A stretch of 64,000 nt of DNA, taken from the NCBI RefSeq assembly GCF_009914755.1, contig NC_060948.1; one strand, 5' to 3'. This document shows positions 59,130-64,000 of this stretch, piece by piece. Numbering within the stretch: position 1 is the first letter of the stretch; each line of letters begins with the position of its first letter. The DNA is from the human T2T-CHM13v2.0 reference genome, Homo sapiens. The position numbers and the translations under genes are program-made. The notes beneath the pieces were generated by a model. The model worked only from the letters and a program-made list of their open reading frames with translations. It ran no database searches and was not told the origin of the DNA.

Positions 59130-59460
59130 GAAGTTTTCTTGTGATGTTTATTCTCTTAAATTTTACATAAATGGAATCATATACGTTGTACTCTTTTGGG
59201 TCTGGCTTATATCCATCAGCAAAATTTTGAAAGTTATTCATGTTGTTATATATGTGTGTAGTTTATTTCACTTTGGGTAATAGTCCATGTATGGTTACTC
59301 CACATGTTGCTAATTCATTCGTGTGTTGATGGACATTTGGATTATTCACAACAGTCTAGTTTTGACTGTTGTGAATAAAATTTTTGGGTAACTCATCAAG
59401 TCATAGTGCTTCTGTGGACATACATTTTTATATCTCTTGGGTGAACACCTCTGCATAGCA
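59130..59460 (-). mobile_element. L1M 3' fragment
   Basis: ataaatggaatcatata...tctggctt...gttgatggacatttggattatt. Confidence 0.75.
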
Positions 59461-59775
59461 TGGCTAAGTAATTTGACTGTTGTTATTTTTAAAATTTTAT
59501 GAAAAATAGGATAAAGCCATATCAGACTTGAACCTGAAGCATACTTGGTGGGTATTGCTGTGTCTTCCGTTCATATGGGAAGCCATATTTTTTGACTTAA
59601 TGTTAAGATATTAAAAAAATGAGAACAAGGGAACTTTGGTCCTTAAAGGCAGGTCTGATGCATGTTTACTTTTACTTCCATTTCCACTTCTTTCACTAAG
59701 AGAAATATTTTGTTTTCCTGATTATTCACTTTAATGTTCTGCCAGCACTTTTAATTATTTATTTCTTTTCTGCAG

Positions 59776-59901
59776 GCTTCAAGATATATGCCTGATATTT
59801 GTGTAATTAGGGCTATACAGAAAATTATCTGGGCATCAGCATGTGGGGCATTAGGACTAGTTTTTAGCCCAAATGAAGAAATAACTAAAATTTATCAGAT
59901 G
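59776..59901 (+). CDS. USP9Y: USP9Y coding exon (~25), 126 nt
   Basis: ctgcag|GCTTCA ... CAGATG|gtaaga; [42 protein letters not shown]. Confidence 0.95.
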
Positions 59902-60263
59902 GTAAGAATTATTACAGAAATAGATTTTTAAGAAAATGTTGCTTCATTGTACATGTGATTAAATTTTCATCATTTCTGTCACCTTATAGACCAAGTCGCT
60001 TGTATCTAATGGTTTAAAATTTATTGCTACCTATAAATAAAATGAGAATATATTGTTTTATTTTGGAAATAAAATACTCTAGAAGCCTGCTATGAGGCAG
60101 CTTTCTTTTCCTACTTTTTTAAAAAGACTTCTCATTGACTCAAATATAGTTATACTGTAATGAATCCACCTCTCCCTATTTTCTTTAGTTCTTCTTGATT
60201 TTGTCCTGTGTAAATTTTTGGTAATTGTCTCTTTGGGAATTATGGCATTTAAATTTTACCTGG

Positions 60264-60572
60264 CGTCGGGCACAGTGGCTCACACCTGTTAATCCCAGCA
60301 TTCTAGGAGGCCAAGGTGGGCGGATCGCCTGAGGTCAGTAGTTCAAAACCAGCCTGGTCAACATGGTGAAACCACATCTCTCCGGCAGGTGGGGGGCGGG
60401 GGAAGGGGGCAAATTAGCCACACATGGTGGCGCATGCCTGTCATCCCAGCTACATGGGTGGCTGAGGCATGAGAATCACTTGAACCTGGGAGGCAGATGT
60501 TGCAGTGAGTGGAAATCCTCTGCACTCAAGCCTGGTGACAGAGCAAGACTCTGTCTCAATCAATCAATCAAT
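60264..60572 (+). mobile_element. AluS with a G-rich replaced linker and (TCAA)n tail
   Basis: Alu consensus arms; see finding at 60381-60410. Confidence 0.9.
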
Positions 60573-61308
60573 CCATTTTACGTGGTTCTTTTAGAACACT
60601 CAACAGCAGGAAGAGTGTCTAACATTTAGGTATTATCACCAGCCTTGTGGTACATTAAGCAAGCTATTTACAGAAATAAGACTGTTTAGCTCTTTGTTGT
60701 CTGTGGTGTTTACCTACCCATATAGAACCCTGATGGTCTCCATTAAAATATACATTAGTGTATTTAAATATACATTAGTATAGTTAAAATGAGAAAGTGT
60801 GTCATGGCATTATACAACTTCCGTTTTAGGAATAGTTGAATGGTTATTCTGTTCCAAACGTACAAGTCTTAGTTACATTTTGATGGATAGTGACAGATTA
60901 AAAATTATTAGCTACCTAGTTATATTTTAGGTTGCAGAAGTCTTCCATAGGCTTCCTGAACATTTGTATTATGATCAATTTTTGAATGAAATGACTTGTA
61001 GGTAGGCTCTACAATAGAACTACTCAAAGACCCAAACTGCAGTGCCAAAGTGATTCTGTAGTAGCAGTTATGATTGAGGCAGATCAGTCACATCCAGAAG
61101 AACATGAAAAGTGAGGAGTACCTATCACTGAATGTGCTTCTTAAATCCCCCTTGGAGTATATCCCAAAGAGCCTCTCTAGCCGCAAGTGAAGAGTCTGAG
61201 GCCGCATGGTCTTTACCAAGTAGGCAATTGTAAATGTTAACCAGAGGGTTTGTGAATTTCTTCTTGAATATGTCTCTAGGTAACTTGCTCCTGATTCTAA
61301 TTTTGCAG

Positions 61309-61478
61309 ACCACCAATGGAAGCAATAAGCTGGAGGTGGAAGATGAACAAGTTTGCTGTGAAGCACTGGAAGTGATGACCTTATGTTTTGCTTTACTTCC
61401 AACAGCGTTGGATGCACTTAGTAAAGAAAAAGCCTGGCAGACCTTCATCATTGACTTATTATTGCACTGTCCAAGCAA
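61309..61478 (+). CDS. USP9Y: USP9Y coding exon (~26), 170 nt
   Basis: ttgcag|ACCACC ... AGCAA|gtatgt; [27 protein letters not shown]...LLLHCPSK. Confidence 0.94.
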
Positions 61479-61699
61479 GTATGTGATTTTTATGTGTAAT
61501 TTGAAGGAAGGCTTACCTTACCGTTCCAAGCAGAAATGAATGACTTCTGAAGAAAATTTTTTTCCAGAAGTGAAGGAAGGAACCCTTTTACTTGCCCATG
61601 TAATACCTTGAAGTGTAGAAGCATTTTTTTAAAAACATTTCCAGTTAACCTGAATTTTTTTCTCTGCAAGATGCCAGCATTGATTTTTTTCTTTTACTT

Positions 61700-63760
61700 T
61701 TTTTTATTGTAGTAAATCATGTAATTATATACATAACACAAAATTAGCCATTTTAACCTCTTTTTTAAGTTAGCTTTATTCAGTGGCATTAATTGCACAA
61801 TATTGTGCAGTTATGACTGGTGTATATTGAATGATTGCAATATTGTGCAGTCACTCCTGCTTTATCTCAAAAATATTTTATCACCCTCAAAATATTTTAT
61901 CACCCTCAACAAATTCTTTTTAACTAATGACTCCCATTTTCACTACCCTCCAATCTCTGATAACTTAAAATATTCATTTAGTTTCTATGCATTTCCTATT
62001 TTAGGTATGTCACATAAGTGAAATCACACAAATTTGTGCCTTTGTGTCTAGTTTGTTAGCTTAGCATAATGTTTTAAAGGTTCATCTATGTTGTAGCATG
62101 GTCAGAACTTGATTCATTTTCAGGGGATACTCTCTCATATGTGTATACTAGATGTTGTTTATACATCGGTCTGTTGATAGACACCTGGATTATTTCTACC
62201 TTTTAGCTCTTGATTACTGTTATTGTGAATATTACTATGAGCACAGATCTCTGAGTTCTTATTCTCAGAGCTATTGAGTATATTTGTAGAAATGGATGTG
62301 CTGGGTCATAGGGTAAGTTGTGTTTAACTTTTTGAAGATCTGCTGAACTTTTTTAACATTGGCTTCACCACTTTACACTCCCAACCTCACCTTACACAGG
62401 CTTTAGTTTCTCCAAATCCTCTCCCACACTATTTTCACTTTTGTTAATGGCCATCCTAACGTATGTAAGATGTAACCTCATTGTGGTTTGTATTTACATT
62501 TCCTTATGACTATTGTAGTGATATTGAGCATTGGCTCTTGTGATATTACTGGCCACTTGTATATCTGCTTTAGAGAAATGTATCTTCCAGTTTTTATAGC
62601 ATTATTGAATTTGATTATTTTTGTAGTGAGTTTCTGTATATATTCTGGATATTAATTCCTTTCCAGACTAATGATTTACAAACATTTTCTCCTATTCTTC
62701 AGGATTTATTTCCACTCTGCTGATAATGTTATTTTATGCACAGAAGTTTTTAATTTTCATGAAGTTTAATTTATGTCTTTTTTGGTTTCCTGTGTTTCCA
62801 TCATCCTCAGTATAGAAATCATTGGCAAATCCAGAGCAAAAGCTATTTTCTCCTACATTGTTTTCTAAGAATTTTTTATTTTTATAGTTCTTAATTTTAG
62901 ATCTTTCATCCAATTGGAGTTGATTTTTGTGAATGATGTGAAACTAAGTGTCCAACTCCATTCTTTTGAATGTGGATATCCAGCTTTCCCATCATGATGA
63001 ACATGGTCTTACCCCATTGAGTGGTCTAGGCACCTTGTTGAAGATACAAGGGGTTGTTTCTAGGCTCTAAATTATATTCCTTTGGTCTATATGCCTGTCC
63101 TTAGGCCAATGCCACACTCCTGATTAGTACATCAGGGAATATAAGTCCTTCAGCTTTGTTGGGGTTTTTAGTTTGTTTGTGTTTTGGTTTTGCCTAGGTT
63201 TTTATTTGTTTTTGAGGTTATTTGGACCTTCTAGGTTCTATAAAAATCCATATAAATTTTAAGCTGGATATTGCATTGAATCTCTCTCAAAAGAGTGATT
63301 GCCTCTTAACAGTATTAAGTCTTCCAAGACATGAACATGGGATGTCTTTTCATTTACTTAGATTCTGTTTACTTCTTCAACACTCTTATTTCTTCTCTGC
63401 GAAATTATTTCTAAGTACTGTAGTGCTAACTCTTTTTGCTGCTCTTGTGGATGGAATTGTTTTCTTAATTTTGTTTTGGGATATTCATTGCTAGTATATC
63501 AAAACAACTAATTTTTTTATATTGATTTTATTTATCCTGCAATTTTGTTAAATTTCTTTATGAATTAGAGGTTTTTTTACAGTAAGATCATGCCACTTGC
63601 AAATAACATAGTTTTACTTTTTCTTTCCTTTTTGGACCAAATTTATCTCTTCCCTTTTTTGCCTATATGCTCTACTGCCTTGATTAGTAGTAGTAAGAGC
63701 AGGCGTACTTATCTTGTTCCTGATTGAGGAAAAGCTTTTAGTCTTTCACGATTTAGTGAT
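61700..63760 (-). mobile_element. L1M (MA/MB-like) 3' UTR and ORF2 3' remnant
   Basis: ttagcataatgttttaaaggttcatctatgttgtagcatg, tatattctggatattaattcc, tgtggatatccagctttccc motifs. Confidence 0.85.
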
Positions 63761-64000
63761 GTTGTTATTCCTGATCCAGACCCCTAGAGAGGGTTCCTGG
63801 ACCTGGGTCAAGTCCACAGAGTAAAATAAGAGCAAGTTTATAGAGAAGTAAGGAACCAAAAGCACGGCTACTCCATAGGCAGAGCAGCCCTGAGAGTTGC
63901 TAGTTGGTTATTTTTGTGGTGATTTCTTGATTACATGCGAAACAAAGTTTATTTGTGCTAAACAAGTGGATTATTCATGGGTTTTCTGGGAAAGGGGTGG
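63760..64000 (-). mobile_element. LTR8/LTR8A-like ERV1 LTR, cut by the window edge
   Basis: gatccagacccctagagagggttcctggacc...ggctactccataggcagagcagccctgag...ggattattcatg. Confidence 0.8.

Noticed and set aside
61069-61131. Possible C/D-box snoRNA (atgattga...ctga)
   Set aside because: Box C does not match RUGAUGA, there is no terminal stem, and I recognise no rRNA guide.
61088-61478. Antisense ORFs of 109 and 117 aa over the last exon
   Set aside because: Expected shadow ORFs opposite coding sequence, with non-ATG starts and no homology recognised.

Overview
Primate (very probably human) Y-chromosome genomic DNA from inside USP9Y (DFFRY, the AZFa ubiquitin-specific protease). It is not prokaryotic: no operons, CRISPR arrays or tRNA/rRNA genes are supported. 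Twenty consecutive + strand coding exons (3889..61478, 3326 nt, about 1108 codons) splice with canonical GT-AG junctions and consistent phases into one uninterrupted ORF. This covers the N-terminal helical region and the ubiquitin-like domain; the start codon and catalytic USP domain lie outside the window. Exon numbers (about 7-26) are inferred from recalled annotation. Introns hold about 34 Alu elements or fragments, old L1 pieces, a 5'-truncated ERV1 provirus, solo LTR12, LTR22 and LTR8-like LTRs, and Tigger1, Tigger2, Tigger4 and MER1B DNA transposons. The most interesting signal is a set of local tandem duplications that copy or create splice sites: (i) a copy of the first exon's 3' end carrying a 4-nt-deleted donor; (ii) a 90-bp duplication with a destroyed acceptor plus a new in-frame acceptor; (iii) a perfect 116-bp duplication of an AG|GTGAG motif that builds a candidate poison/recursive exon. 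I found no evidence for a new protein-coding system. Repeat subfamily names and boundaries were judged by eye and are approximate.
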